Shown here piece by piece: positions 1 to 8,716 of a stretch of DNA of 64,000 nucleotides. The notes under the pieces are model-generated. The model ran no database searches, had not been told where the DNA came from, and was given only the letters and a program-made list of their open reading frames with translations. Position 1 is the stretch's first letter. The number at the start of each line of letters is the position of its first letter. The position numbers and the translations under genes were made by a program. Location: the NCBI GenBank assembly GCA_963710425.1, contig CAVQAR010000018.1, forward strand, positions 71,506 through 135,505, read 5' to 3'. Origin of the DNA: an uncultured delta proteobacterium. GTDB lineage: Bacteria > Desulfobacterota > Binatia > Binatales > Binataceae.

Positions 1-829
1 AATGCTTGCGGCTCTTGAGCCGCACCCCGGCCGGCACGATCAGCGTGCCTGCGTCGCGCGCCGGATCGAGCGCAGCAGTCACGATTCCGGCTTCGCGTCC
101 GCGCGCGATAATCACTGCGATTCCGGCGCGCGCCGCCTGCCGCGCCGCCTTCAACTTGGTCGCCATCCCGCCGCTGCCAAGCGGCCCCGCCTTCTCGGCC
201 ACCAGCCCGCGCATCTCGGCTTCGGGATCGTTGATCACTGGAATCAGCCGCGCATCGGCACGCTCGCGCGGGTCGCCGGTCAGGACGCCATCGACGTCGC
301 TCAAAATAATCAACAGCTGCGCCTGCACCAGACTCGCGACCAGCGACGAGAGCACGTCATTGTCGCCGAGCCGAATTTCCTCGACCGCGACCGTGTCGTT
401 CTCGTTGACGATCGGGATCACGCCCGCGCCGAGCAGTTCAGTAACAGTTTGATTCGCATTCTGACGGCGCCGGCGCTCGGCCAAATCCTGATGCGTCAAC
501 AAAATCTGCGCGACGCTTCGATCGTGGCTCCCGAATGCGCGCGCCCACGCCGACATCAGCTCGATCTGCCCGGTGGCGGCCGCAGCCTGCCGCGCCGCGA
601 TCGTCGCGCCGTGCAGCTTCGACAACCGCGCGCGTCCCGCCGCGACCGCTCCCGACGTGACGATCACGATTTCCTGTCCCGCGCGCACCGCCGACTCGAT
701 CTGCGCCGCGAGCTGCTCGATCACATCGACGCGCAGCCCCTCGACGTCGGACAACACCGCGCTGCCGACCTTGATCACGACGCGCCGTGCGCGCCCAACC
801 GTCGATTCCTTATAGTTCAGTTGGGACAT
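1..829 (-). CDS. proB: glutamate 5-kinase (partial, C-terminus runs off left edge)
   Basis: Absent from the ORF track because it is open at the edge. Reverse translation from ATG at 829 gives MSQLNYKESTVGRARRVVIKVGSAVL..IVIVTSGAVAAG..PIVNENDTVAVEEIRLGDND..ILSDVDGVLTGDPR. Lies directly downstream of obg with a ~20 nt overlap. Confidence 0.9.
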   Translation of the reverse strand, partial: MSQLNYKESTVGRARRVVIKVGSAVLSDVEGLRVDVIEQLAAQIESAVRAGQEIVIVTSGAVAAGRARLSKLHGATIAARQAAAATGQIELMSAWARAFGSHDRSVAQILLTHQDLAERRRRQNANQTVTELLGAGVIPIVNENDTVAVEEIRLGDNDVLSSLVASLVQAQLLIILSDVDGVLTGDPRERADARLIPVINDPEAEMRGLVAEKAGPLGSGGMATKLKAARQAARAGIAVIIARGREAGIVTAALDPARDAGTLIVPAGVRLKSRKH

Positions 830-1829
830 GCGCCGGCTGTTCCATCGTATGAAGCATTCGCGCGATCGCAGCGACCAGCGGCGCCAGCTTTTCATTCTTA
901 TCCGCAGAAATCGGAAACACTTCGAGGCCGGTAAGCTTGCGCAGCTTGCGCGCGATCTTTGTCACCTCGGCCGCTTCGAGCAGATCGATCTTGTTAAGCG
1001 CGACCAGCGCCAGCCGCTCCGCGAGCATCGGATCGAACGCCGCGATTTCTCCGCGGACAGTCGTAAACGCCGCCGCGGGATCGTCGGTCGCATCAATCAC
1101 GTAAACGATAAGCCGCGTGCGCATGATGTGCCTCAAGAACCGGATGCCCAGCCCGAGCCCCTTGTGCGCTCCCTCGATCAGCCCGGGAATATCCGCGAGC
1201 GTGAAACTTTCCTCGTCGGAAATCGACACGCGCCCGATATTCGGCGCCAGCGTGGTGAAAGGATAGGGCGCGATCTTCGGCCGCGCCGCGCTGAGCGCGG
1301 TCAGCAGCGTCGATTTGCCCGCGTTCGGAAGTCCCACGAGGCCGGCTTCCGCGACCAGCCGCAGTTCCATCCGAATCCATCGCTGCTCGCCCGCGGTTCC
1401 CGGCGTCGCGATTCGCGGCGAGCGCCGGGTTGACGACGCGAAATGCATATTGCCGCGGCCGCCCTCGCCACCTTGCGCGATAACCGCGGTGTCACCCGGC
1501 ATCACGAGGTCCGCGAGCGTTTTGCCGCTTTCCTCATCGAAGACGATCGTGCCGGGCGGGACGCGCACGACGATATCGTCGGCGCCGTGACCGTATTGTT
1601 CCTTGCCGCGCCCGGGCTCGCCGTCTTTCGCGATCAGACGCGGCTGATATTTGAAATCGAGCAGCGTCGAGAGGCCTTCATCGACCTGGAAGATTACGCT
1701 GCCGCCGCGCCCGCCGTTGCCGCCCGCCGGCCCGCCGAACGGCCGATACTTCTCGCGCAAAAACGCAATCGCCCCGTCGCCCCCCTTCCCGGCATGCACA
1801 AACACCCTGGCTTCATCGATAAATCGCAT
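810..1829 (-). CDS. obg: GTPase Obg/CgtA
   Basis: 339 aa: MRFIDEARVFVHAGKGGDGAIAFLREKYRPFGGPAGGNGGRGGSVIF (Obg fold glycine-rich N-domain), followed by G-domain GLVGLPNAGKSTLL and DIPGLIEGA. Confidence 0.95.
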   Translation of the reverse strand: MRFIDEARVFVHAGKGGDGAIAFLREKYRPFGGPAGGNGGRGGSVIFQVDEGLSTLLDFKYQPRLIAKDGEPGRGKEQYGHGADDIVVRVPPGTIVFDEESGKTLADLVMPGDTAVIAQGGEGGRGNMHFASSTRRSPRIATPGTAGEQRWIRMELRLVAEAGLVGLPNAGKSTLLTALSAARPKIAPYPFTTLAPNIGRVSISDEESFTLADIPGLIEGAHKGLGLGIRFLRHIMRTRLIVYVIDATDDPAAAFTTVRGEIAAFDPMLAERLALVALNKIDLLEAAEVTKIARKLRKLTGLEVFPISADKNEKLAPLVAAIARMLHTMEQPAHVPTEL

Positions 1830-1838
1830 GACAGACCG

Positions 1839-2216
1839 TTATAGTATCAGCCATCGCGCCTGCCCGGTCGCCCTTGGTGCGCCGCTCCATTCGCTGCGCA
1901 CCTTTTTTTCTGAGCCGTCCCGGGCGATCGCCTCTCGTTTCGCAACGTAGCGCTCTATCCGCACTCCGCGGTCCGTTTTACGTGCCTGAGCCAAATCGAA
2001 GGCAAGCTGCATTCGCATCAGATGTTCCATCTTCGGCCCAAACGCCTTCTCGACCCGCAAACCCATCTTGGTCGTAAGAGCGGTTTTCTCGTTAAGCAGA
2101 CTCGAGAGCGCCTGCCGCCCGACCCCGAGGACCTTCGCTGCCTCGGTTACAGTCAGTCCGAGAGGCTCGATCACCTGACGGCGGATCAAACCACCAACAT
2201 GCGGAGGATTTTTCAT
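1839..2216 (-). CDS. higA: HigA-family antitoxin (XRE helix-turn-helix)
   Basis: MKNPPHVGGLIRRQVIEPLGLTVTEAAKVLGVGRQALSSLLNEKTALTTKMGLRVEKAFG. Start moved to the internal Met at 2216. Lies immediately downstream of higB. Confidence 0.8.
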   Translation of the reverse strand: MKNPPHVGGLIRRQVIEPLGLTVTEAAKVLGVGRQALSSLLNEKTALTTKMGLRVEKAFGPKMEHLMRMQLAFDLAQARKTDRGVRIERYVAKREAIARDGSEKKVRSEWSGAPRATGQARWLIL

Positions 2217-2238
2217 CGCCTGATCTCCAGGGACTCCT

Positions 2239-2523
2239 TCAATGATAATCAACAAAATCGAGGTCGAATGCGTCACCATTCTCAAACCGAAAGATCACTC
2301 GCCAGTTTCCGCTCACTGTCACGCTCCAAAATCCCTTCAGTTCCCCCTTCAGGGGATGCAGCCGCCAGCCTGGGAAAAGTCCAACTTCTTTTGCGTTTGC
2401 CGCCTCGTCGATCGCCAGCAGAATGTCGGAGATCTTCTCCACTTGGGCCGCCGGAAGTTCCCGCCCATCCGCGCTTTCGTACAGCCGCCTCAAGCCGCGG
2501 TGCCGAATCGAACGAATACCCAT
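2239..2523 (-). CDS. higB: HigB/RelE-like plasmid-maintenance killer toxin
   Basis: 94 aa: IRHRGLRRLYE..LHPLKGELKGFWSVTVSGNWRVIFRFENGDAFDLDFVDYH. Typical HigB signature in toxin-first gene order. Confidence 0.85.
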   Translation of the reverse strand: MGIRSIRHRGLRRLYESADGRELPAAQVEKISDILLAIDEAANAKEVGLFPGWRLHPLKGELKGFWSVTVSGNWRVIFRFENGDAFDLDFVDYH

Positions 2524-2625
2524 TCAATATTGATCATCGTCTGTCGCGCGACAGGCGTCAACTGATTGCGACTTCGTCAGCGATGACCGCGGCTGCGATG
2601 CGAGCGGATCTGCGTCAGCAGACGC

Positions 2626-3654
2626 CTACAGACAAATCTCCGCCAGCGCGCGCACCGTGTTGATATCGCCGGTGCCGATCAGCATCGTCTTGACCGGCGA
2701 CGCCTTCCACGCCTTCAGCCGGTCCGCGATTCGCTCGCGATTGCCGACCAGCGCGACTTCGTCCACCAGCTTGTCCGGCACCATCGCCATCGCCTCGGCC
2801 TTTTTGCCCGCGAGGAACGCGTCCTGGATTTTTCCCGCGACCTCTTCGTAGCCGAGCCGCTTGGCGTAGTCGTTGTAGAAATTTTTCGAGCGCGCGCCCA
2901 TCCCGCCGATGTACAGCGCGAGCATCCCCTTCACCGGCATCCGGCACTTCTCGACGTCCGGCCCCATGATACAGGTGACGAACGGCGCGACGTCGAAATT
3001 GTCGAGGCTCTTTTTGCCGCCGGTCTTCGCGAACCCTTCCTTCAGCGGCGCGTCGTAGATGTCGAATCGCTCGGGATTCATCCAGACCGGAATCACGCCG
3101 TCCGCAATCTCGCCCGCCAGCGCGATTCCCTTCGGACTGATCGACGCGGTGTAAATCGGCATGTCCTTGCGCCCGTGCAGGATACTCTTGAGCGGCTTGC
3201 CGAGACCCGACGCGCCCGCGCCGGTGTACGGGATGTCGTATTCCTTGCCGTGATGCTCGACCGCAACTTCGCGCGCGAGAATCGTGCGGACGATCTCGAT
3301 ATACTCGCGCGTGCGCTGCAGCGGTTTGCCGTACGACACGCCATGCCAGCCCTCGACCACTTGGGGTCCCGACGGCCCGATCCCCAGGATGAAGCGGCCG
3401 CCCGACAGCGCGTCGATCGTCATCGCGGTCATCGCAGTCATCGCCGGCGTGCGCCCCGGCATCTGCATGATACCAGTGCCGAGCCGGATCTTTTTGGTCA
3501 TCGCGCCGATCCACGCCAGCGGCGTGATCGCGTCGGAGCCGTACGCCTCGGCGGTCCACACCGAGTCGAAACCCGCGCGCTCGGCCTCGAGGATCGTGTC
3601 CATCGGCAAGCCCATCTGCGCGCCCGAATAGCCGGAGAGTAAACCTAGTCGCAT
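2626..3654 (-). CDS. luciferase-like (LLM class) flavin/F420-dependent oxidoreductase
   Basis: MRLGLLSGYSGAQMG..ERAGFDSVWTAEAYGSDAITPLAWIGAMTKKIRLGTGIMQMPGRTPAMTAM..LSGGRFILGIGPSGPQVVEGWHG. Start taken at the MRLGLL Met (3654). Confidence 0.85.
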   Translation of the reverse strand: MRLGLLSGYSGAQMGLPMDTILEAERAGFDSVWTAEAYGSDAITPLAWIGAMTKKIRLGTGIMQMPGRTPAMTAMTAMTIDALSGGRFILGIGPSGPQVVEGWHGVSYGKPLQRTREYIEIVRTILAREVAVEHHGKEYDIPYTGAGASGLGKPLKSILHGRKDMPIYTASISPKGIALAGEIADGVIPVWMNPERFDIYDAPLKEGFAKTGGKKSLDNFDVAPFVTCIMGPDVEKCRMPVKGMLALYIGGMGARSKNFYNDYAKRLGYEEVAGKIQDAFLAGKKAEAMAMVPDKLVDEVALVGNRERIADRLKAWKASPVKTMLIGTGDINTVRALAEICL

Positions 3655-3712
3655 CGAAATTCCTCCATCGCGAGTCGCGAAAATAAACGGCGAAATCAAG
3701 AATCAAAACACT

Positions 3713-3749
3713 AAAAAAAGAAGCCCCACGGCGTGACCGCAGGGCTTCG
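3713..3749 (-). terminator. Rho-independent terminator after rpmA
   Basis: On the minus strand, GAAGCCC-loop-GGGCTTC is followed by TTTTTTT, 27 nt after the rpmA stop. Confidence 0.65.
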
Positions 3750-3775
3750 ATTTGAACTTGCTGGATAACGGTTCC

Positions 3776-4057
3776 CTAGGCAGACGCCCCTGCGGTATCA
3801 CCGGCGGGGAGCGGCTCGACGCTCACTTGCCGCTTCTCACCCTTCGGCTCGTACTTAACCACACCGTCGATGAGCGCGTAAATCGTGTAGTCGCGGCCGA
3901 GACCGACGTTGCGCCCCGGATGCACGCGCGTGCCGCATTGACGGACGAGGATATTGCCGGCCCTGACGGTCTGGCCCGCGTAAATCTTGATACCCCGGCG
4001 CTGGCCCGGACTGTCGCGGCCATTGCGCGTCGAACCTTGGCCTTTTTTGTGCGCCAC
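3776..4057 (-). CDS. rpmA: 50S ribosomal protein L27
   Basis: [65 protein letters not shown]. Confidence 0.97.
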   Translation of the reverse strand: MAHKKGQGSTRNGRDSPGQRRGIKIYAGQTVRAGNILVRQCGTRVHPGRNVGLGRDYTIYALIDGVVKYEPKGEKRQVSVEPLPAGDTAGASA

Positions 4058-4120
4058 GCAGTGTCTCCCTGGGATGAGCGGCTTTCTGGGCCGCGGTTCA
4101 ATTAAAGAATCGCGCGACGC

Positions 4121-4435
4121 TTATGCGCCGGCGGAAATTTCCTCGATCTTCAGAACAGTCAGTTCCTGCCGATGCCCGCGTTTGCGTCGATAATTCTTGC
4201 GGCGCTTTTTCTTGAACACGATTATCTTCGTGCCGCGCGGCTGCTGGACGATCTTCGCCGTCACCGACGCGCCCGCGACCACCGGAGTGCCGATCTTCGG
4301 CGCTTCGCCGCCGACCGCCAGCACCTGGTCAAGTGAAATTGCCGCGCCAACCTCGCCTTCGAGCCGCTCGACCGTAATCTGGTCGCCGACGCCGACGCGG
4401 TACTGTTTTCCGCCTGTCTTTACTATTGCAAACAT
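4121..4435 (-). CDS. rplU: 50S ribosomal protein L21
   Basis: [56 protein letters not shown]. Confidence 0.97.
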   Translation of the reverse strand: MFAIVKTGGKQYRVGVGDQITVERLEGEVGAAISLDQVLAVGGEAPKIGTPVVAGASVTAKIVQQPRGTKIIVFKKKRRKNYRRKRGHRQELTVLKIEEISAGA

Positions 4436-4820
4436 CGCTTATGCCGAACGAACAGAATTATCGGACGCGGTGGGCCAAGTCAACGCATCGGCGCCGACCG
4501 CTTACGGTTCACTTTGAAATTCTCGCGTAAGCGACCACTCACAGAATCTCAAGACAGAGCTTTCACGACGTAATTGAGTGTTAATCGAGTCGACTCCAGC
4601 CTGGTTCGGCACGGCGATCAACAGCCTGACTGTGCAGATGACGACTGGTCGTCCTAGCAAGTCATGAGTTCGCAGAGTAACTCGCAATGATCGTCGATCG
4701 AACAGAAACAACTGACCGTAGTCAACCGTCACCAAATCTTCAGCACGTCGCCAGAAGCATTAAACTCGCCAATCGCCGACTAGGATAGTTCATCGTCGCG
4801 ATACGCGACCCGATGGCTGA

Positions 4821-5360
4821 TCAGTCAATCCCGAGGCGTTCGCGACCCTCAGGCGAGATCATCTGCGGGGTCCATGGCGGATCCCACACCAGATCGACGT
4901 CCGCCTCCGACACTCCCGGCAGGCTCATGATCTTGTGGCGCGCGTCAGTCGCGATCGACGCCCCCATGCCGCAGCCCTGCGCCGTCAGCGTCATCTTGAC
5001 TTCGACTTTCTTGGTGCCGTCGTCCGCGTCCTTCACTTCCATGCCGTAGACGAGGCCGAGATCCACGATATTGACGGGAATCTCGGGATCGAAGCAGGTC
5101 TTGAGCTGCTCCCAGACCATCGCTTCGAGGTCGCCACCGCCCGACGCCGACACGACGCCCGCGTCTTGGGGCGTTTTCCCGAGCGCGTCGGCGTCCTTGC
5201 CCGCGACGCGGAACAAGCCGCCATACGCTGGAACTTGCAGGGTGAAGGTTCCGCCGAGCGATTGCGTGATAAAGGCTTCGAGGCCCTTCTCGAGCATCAT
5301 CTTGTTTCCAGCCGGGACCTGGACGCCTTCGATTTCGCGCGCCAATTCAACACGTTCCAT
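4821..5360 (-). CDS. sufT: Fe-S cluster assembly protein SufT (DUF59/MIP18 family)
   Basis: MERVELAREIEGVQVPAGNKMMLEKGLEAFITQSLGGTFTLQV..FRVAGKDADALGK..CFDPEIPVNIVDLGLVYG..MTLTAQGCGMG..VDLVWDPPWTPQMIS. The tracked ORF start (5492) runs into a repeat element, so the start is taken at 5360. Confidence 0.8.
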   Translation of the reverse strand: MERVELAREIEGVQVPAGNKMMLEKGLEAFITQSLGGTFTLQVPAYGGLFRVAGKDADALGKTPQDAGVVSASGGGDLEAMVWEQLKTCFDPEIPVNIVDLGLVYGMEVKDADDGTKKVEVKMTLTAQGCGMGASIATDARHKIMSLPGVSEADVDLVWDPPWTPQMISPEGRERLGID

Positions 5361-5435
5361 ATGACGAATACCTTCCTTGTAAGAATAAGCATTGTACCGC
5401 GCCGATTCAGCCCGAGCCATAGCGAGAGAACGCGA

Positions 5436-5873
5436 TTGAATGTGAAACCCTCCGCGGGTTTCACGCTTCCGCGGCAGGGGTGACCCCTGCACCCGGTGAA
5501 AAGTACTAATCGCAAAATGGCGAGGACGCCATTTTGCTCAAGGTTCTTTTGTCCCGTGTCATTCAGTTCCTTGTGTCATTCAGAGCGGAGCGAAGAATCC
5601 CGGTTTTTTTCTGTGTCCTTGCAGGCCGCTGCGGCCTCCGATACCTCGCCCGTTATTTTTACGGGAGAGGCGGCCGGACGCATCGCGGCCGGTAGGTGAG
5701 GGTGCTGGGGCTCAAGCTGCCCGGAAGGAGCGGGGATTCTTCGCTGCGCTCTGAATGACACAAGAAAGAACTCAGAGCAAAATGGCGTCCTCGCCATTTT
5801 GCGATTGATACTGGGTGCAGGGGTCACCCCTGCCGCGGAAGCGTGAAACCCGCGTAGGGTTTCACATTCAATG
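5436..5873. repeat. ~438-bp nested palindromic composite of intergenic hairpin-repeat modules
   Basis: Left arm 5436-5540 is the reverse complement of right arm 5775-5873 (modules GTGAAACCC..GGGTTTCAC, GCAGGGGTSACCCCTGC, GCAAAATGGCG..CGCCATTTTGC). An inner inverted pair GTGTCATTCAGAGCGGAGCGAAGAATCCC (5574-5601) / GGGATTCTTCGCTGCGCTCTGAATGACAC (5733-5761) flanks a ~130-nt core. The core carries a module also seen at 19548-19608. Confidence 0.9.
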
Positions 5874-6120
5874 AAGGGGGATGAACTTTTAAGCCTGAAC
5901 CTGTCGCCCACAACCTGCTAGCTTGATCTGTCGTGCATTGCACTCAAAATACCATCCCAACAATCCGTCGCGAAAAAACAAGATTCGACGGAACGAACCC
6001 ACCGATAGTGGTATGACAACCGCTGACCACAACCCATGGTATAAATCACGCCCTCGCGGCGATCTCGCGTTGCGATTTCGAGCCACTACTGATAGCGAAG
6101 AGGGGGCGAAGGGCAGGCGG

Positions 6121-8001
6121 ATGGAAGAAGCGATCATATCGGGCGGCAATCAGCGTCAATTCGGCGTTTCGGCCAAGCAGAAGCTGTATCAATATCTGTG
6201 CTCGCGGCCAGCGGGAGCTGACGCGAGCGAGCTCATCGGCCTGCTGCTCAGCGGCGTCGGCTCCGATCCTGAACTCGGTGCGCGACTGGTTCGGCAGATA
6301 CTCGACGGCGATCCGAATTTTATCTTCGATGCGGATACGGCGCAGTGGCGGCTGGCGGATAGTGATCGCATTCGCGTCGGACTTGACGATGCTGAGTTTA
6401 CGGTCGTCGATCTCGAGACCACCGGTGGACGCGCGGGGCCGGGGACGATTATCGAAATCGGCGCCTACCGAATGGTTGGTAAGCGGCTCACCGACACCTT
6501 CTCGCAACTGGTTCGGCCACAAGGCGGTGTGGTGCCGAGGTTCATCACCGGGCTGACATCAATAACGACCGAGATGATTCACGAGGCGCCGCCGATCGAG
6601 CACGTGCTGCCACGGTTTCGCGAGTTCATGGGCGACCGCGTGATGGTCGCGCACAACGCCGCCTTCGATTTCGGTTTTTTAGACTTTGAATATCGCCGCA
6701 TCTTTGGAATCGGGCTCGCAACCCGGTGCTATGCACGCTGCGGATGGCGCGACGGTTCATGCCGTCGCTCAAGCGCCGCCGGCTCGACTTGCTCGCCGGG
6801 CATTTCGGACTCTCGCAAGAGGGACGGCATCGCGGACTCGGCGACGCGCGGATGGCGGCCGAGATTCTTTCGATTTTTCTCGAGATGGCGCAGCGGATGG
6901 GCATCACGCGTCTCGATCGATTGCTCGACGACCATCATCGCGGAATTGCGGGCCAGACGTATCGAGCGTCACGTGCCGCCCGAGGAAATCGCGGCGCTTC
7001 CGCATGCGCCCGGCGTCTATATGATGCGCAACGAGCGCGGCGACTTGCTCTATATCGGCAAGGCGCGTCGGCTCCGGGAGCGGGTGAGCTCGTACTTCAG
7101 CGCATCGGTGAGGGCAAAAACCGCGGAGCTGATCTCGCACGTTTACAAAATCGAGACGCGGGTAACGCGCTCGCCGCTCGAGGCGGCGCTCGACGAAGCG
7201 CGGCTGATTCGCGAGCTGAAACCGCCGTACAACCGGATGCTGAAATCGGCGGCCCCGGCGTTTTTTATCAAGGTCGATATGATGGACGAGTTTCCGCGCG
7301 TGACGCTGTCCACCAAGATGACCGCCCGGCGCGGCGTGATGCATCTCGGACCGTTCATCGGCCGCCGCGGTATCGAGCATTCAGTGCGCGCGCTGTCGCG
7401 AATCCTCGGGCTGCGCACCTGCGGCGGTAAGCTCGCGCCGAGCGAGGAAATCTCGCCATGCATCTACGGCCAGATGGGCCACTGCACCGCGCCGTGCAAC
7501 ATGAGTATCGACGCCGACGGCTACGCCGAGCGGGTTCGCCGCGCAGTTGGATTTCTACGCGGACGCAGCGGTCCGATTCTCGGTGAACTGGCGCGGGCGC
7601 GCGACCAGGCCGCGGCGGCGATGCGCTTTGAGGAGGCCGCGCGCTTTCGGCATCATCTCGAAGCGCTGACTACGCTGGCGCATCGCGCGACCCGCCTGAG
7701 CGAAGTAGTGACGGAAAATAATCTCGTGATCGTGACCGGCGAGGGCGCAGATCGCGCGGCGCACGTCGTGCTTTCGGGACGACTCGCGATGACGCGCCGC
7801 CCGGAGAACGCCGAGGCCGCGGCTGAGGTGCGGGATTTCGTCGCCGCAAACTACGAACGATACAAGTTGAAAGCGGTCGAGCGCGGCGAGCTCGAAGAAA
7901 TGTCGATCGTCGCGCGATGGCTCCGCGAGCGCACCCCCGACGAAGGCCGTCTTGTCTATCTCACAGCTCCACATCTGGATCCGGCCGCTCTGGCAAGCTG
8001 A
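6121..8001 (+). CDS. DEDD (DnaQ/epsilon-like) 3'-5' exonuclease fused to a GIY-YIG UvrC/Cho-like nuclease; two compensating frameshifts inside the exonuclease domain
   Basis: Exo I motif FTVVDLETTGG, Exo II VAHNAAFDFGFL. The Exo III segment (NPVLCTLRMARRF..HRGLGDARMAAEI) is encoded only in the alternative frame (tracked ORF 6726..7430). GIY-YIG motif: PGVYMMRNERGDLLYIGKARRLRERVSSYF..IRELKPPYN. Start taken at ATG 6121. Confidence 0.8.
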   Translation: MEEAIISGGNQRQFGVSAKQKLYQYLCSRPAGADASELIGLLLSGVGSDPELGARLVRQILDGDPNFIFDADTAQWRLADSDRIRVGLDDAEFTVVDLETTGGRAGPGTIIEIGAYRMVGKRLTDTFSQLVRPQGGVVPRFITGLTSITTEMIHEAPPIEHVLPRFREFMGDRVMVAHNAAFDFGFLDFEYRRIFGIGLATRCYARCGWRDGSCRRSSAAGSTCSPGISDSRKRDGIADSATRGWRPRFFRFFSRWRSGWASRVSIDCSTTIIAELRARRIERHVPPEEIAALPHAPGVYMMRNERGDLLYIGKARRLRERVSSYFSASVRAKTAELISHVYKIETRVTRSPLEAALDEARLIRELKPPYNRMLKSAAPAFFIKVDMMDEFPRVTLSTKMTARRGVMHLGPFIGRRGIEHSVRALSRILGLRTCGGKLAPSEEISPCIYGQMGHCTAPCNMSIDADGYAERVRRAVGFLRGRSGPILGELARARDQAAAAMRFEEAARFRHHLEALTTLAHRATRLSEVVTENNLVIVTGEGADRAAHVVLSGRLAMTRRPENAEAAAEVRDFVAANYERYKLKAVERGELEEMSIVARWLRERTPDEGRLVYLTAPHLDPAALAS

Positions 8002-8049
8002 TCGCGCAACTTGCCGAAACAGCTTCGGCGATCATAAAATCAGATAATC

Positions 8050-8316
8050 ATGAAATCAGAAATCTCAGCCACCGAAGCGGCGCGACGATTTTCAGAAGTC
8101 GTGAACCGCGTCCGATATCGAAACGAGACGTTCGTAGTAAAACGAGGTGGCGAACCTGTCTGCGAGATCGTCCCCGTCCGCACCAAAACCTTCACCGGCC
8201 GCGACTTCGTTGAGTTGCTGCGCTCTTTGCCGCATCCCGGCGAAGAATATCTGCACGCAGTCGAAAGGCATGTGCGAAGGCAACCGAAGGCTGAGAAGTC
8301 GAAGTGGCGGCGCTGA
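8050..8316 (+). CDS. vapB: Phd/YefM-type antitoxin (VapB partner)
   Basis: MKSEISATEAARRFSEVVNRVRYRNETFVVKRGGEPVCEIVP. Overlaps the downstream PIN toxin gene by 13 nt. Confidence 0.75.
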   Translation: MKSEISATEAARRFSEVVNRVRYRNETFVVKRGGEPVCEIVPVRTKTFTGRDFVELLRSLPHPGEEYLHAVERHVRRQPKAEKSKWRR

Positions 8317-8705
8317 TCGATTCCAGCGTCTTCATTGCGGGCGAGCGCGGCCGCATCGATCTGGCCGACCTTCTAGCATCGCTCGGGAGCGAACCTGTTG
8401 CGCTATCCGCAGTGACCGCCTCGGAACTGATCTACGGCTTGCATCGCGCTCGAACGACCGCGCAACGAGAAAGCCGCAATGCCTACCTCGAGGCGATATT
8501 CTCGCGGATCACGGTGCTAGCGTTCGATCTTACCGTCGCACGAGGCCATTCAGCGATTTCTGCTGAGCTGGACCGCACCGGACGCCAAGTCGGCGCACAC
8601 GATCTGATGATCGCTGCGACTGCGATGGCTCACGATTACCGCGTTGCGACGCGAGATCTCAGGAGCTTTTCGAAAATCCCTGGTCTCGAGACTGTAAGGA
8701 TCTAA
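8304..8705 (+). CDS. vapC: PIN-domain ribonuclease toxin VapC
   Basis: ALIDSSVFIAGERG..SAVTASELIYG..VLAFD..HDLMIAATAMAHDYRVATRDLRSF, with the acidic PIN residues in the expected order. Confidence 0.85.
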   Translation: MAALIDSSVFIAGERGRIDLADLLASLGSEPVALSAVTASELIYGLHRARTTAQRESRNAYLEAIFSRITVLAFDLTVARGHSAISAELDRTGRQVGAHDLMIAATAMAHDYRVATRDLRSFSKIPGLETVRI

Positions 8706-8716
8706 CAGCGCGCGAC

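Noticed and set aside
2-934. 310-aa plus-strand ORF at the left edge
   Set aside because: It is antisense to a clear proB reading frame. Its Arg/Ala/Pro-rich composition is typical of shadow ORFs in high-GC DNA.
2615-3706. 363-aa minus-strand ORF overlapping the LLM oxidoreductase in another frame
   Set aside because: It gives an Arg/Gly/Asp-rich nonsense translation. The neighbouring frame (2626..3699) gives a clean luciferase-like protein.
4440-4820. AT-richer spacer upstream of rplU containing a 77-aa ORF (4502..4735), possibly a small gene or an L21-leader-type RNA
   Set aside because: The ORF product has no recognisable family or convincing start context. I could not identify a conserved leader structure by eye, so it stays unannotated. 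An Rfam scan would settle the question.
5361-5492. N-terminal extensions of sufT (to 5492), lpd (to 19494) and rpmB (to 63816) in the ORF track
   Set aside because: The sufT and lpd extensions read through repeat elements (..QGSPLPRKRETRGGFH..), and the rpmB extension through upstream intergenic sequence. Homology begins at the internal starts I used.
5496-5911. Small ORFs (67 and 111 aa) translating as ..HSERSEESR.. and ..SFRAQRRIP..
   Set aside because: They lie entirely inside the palindromic repeat composite, and the same peptides arise wherever the repeat module occurs (for example 17713). They are translated repeats, not genes.
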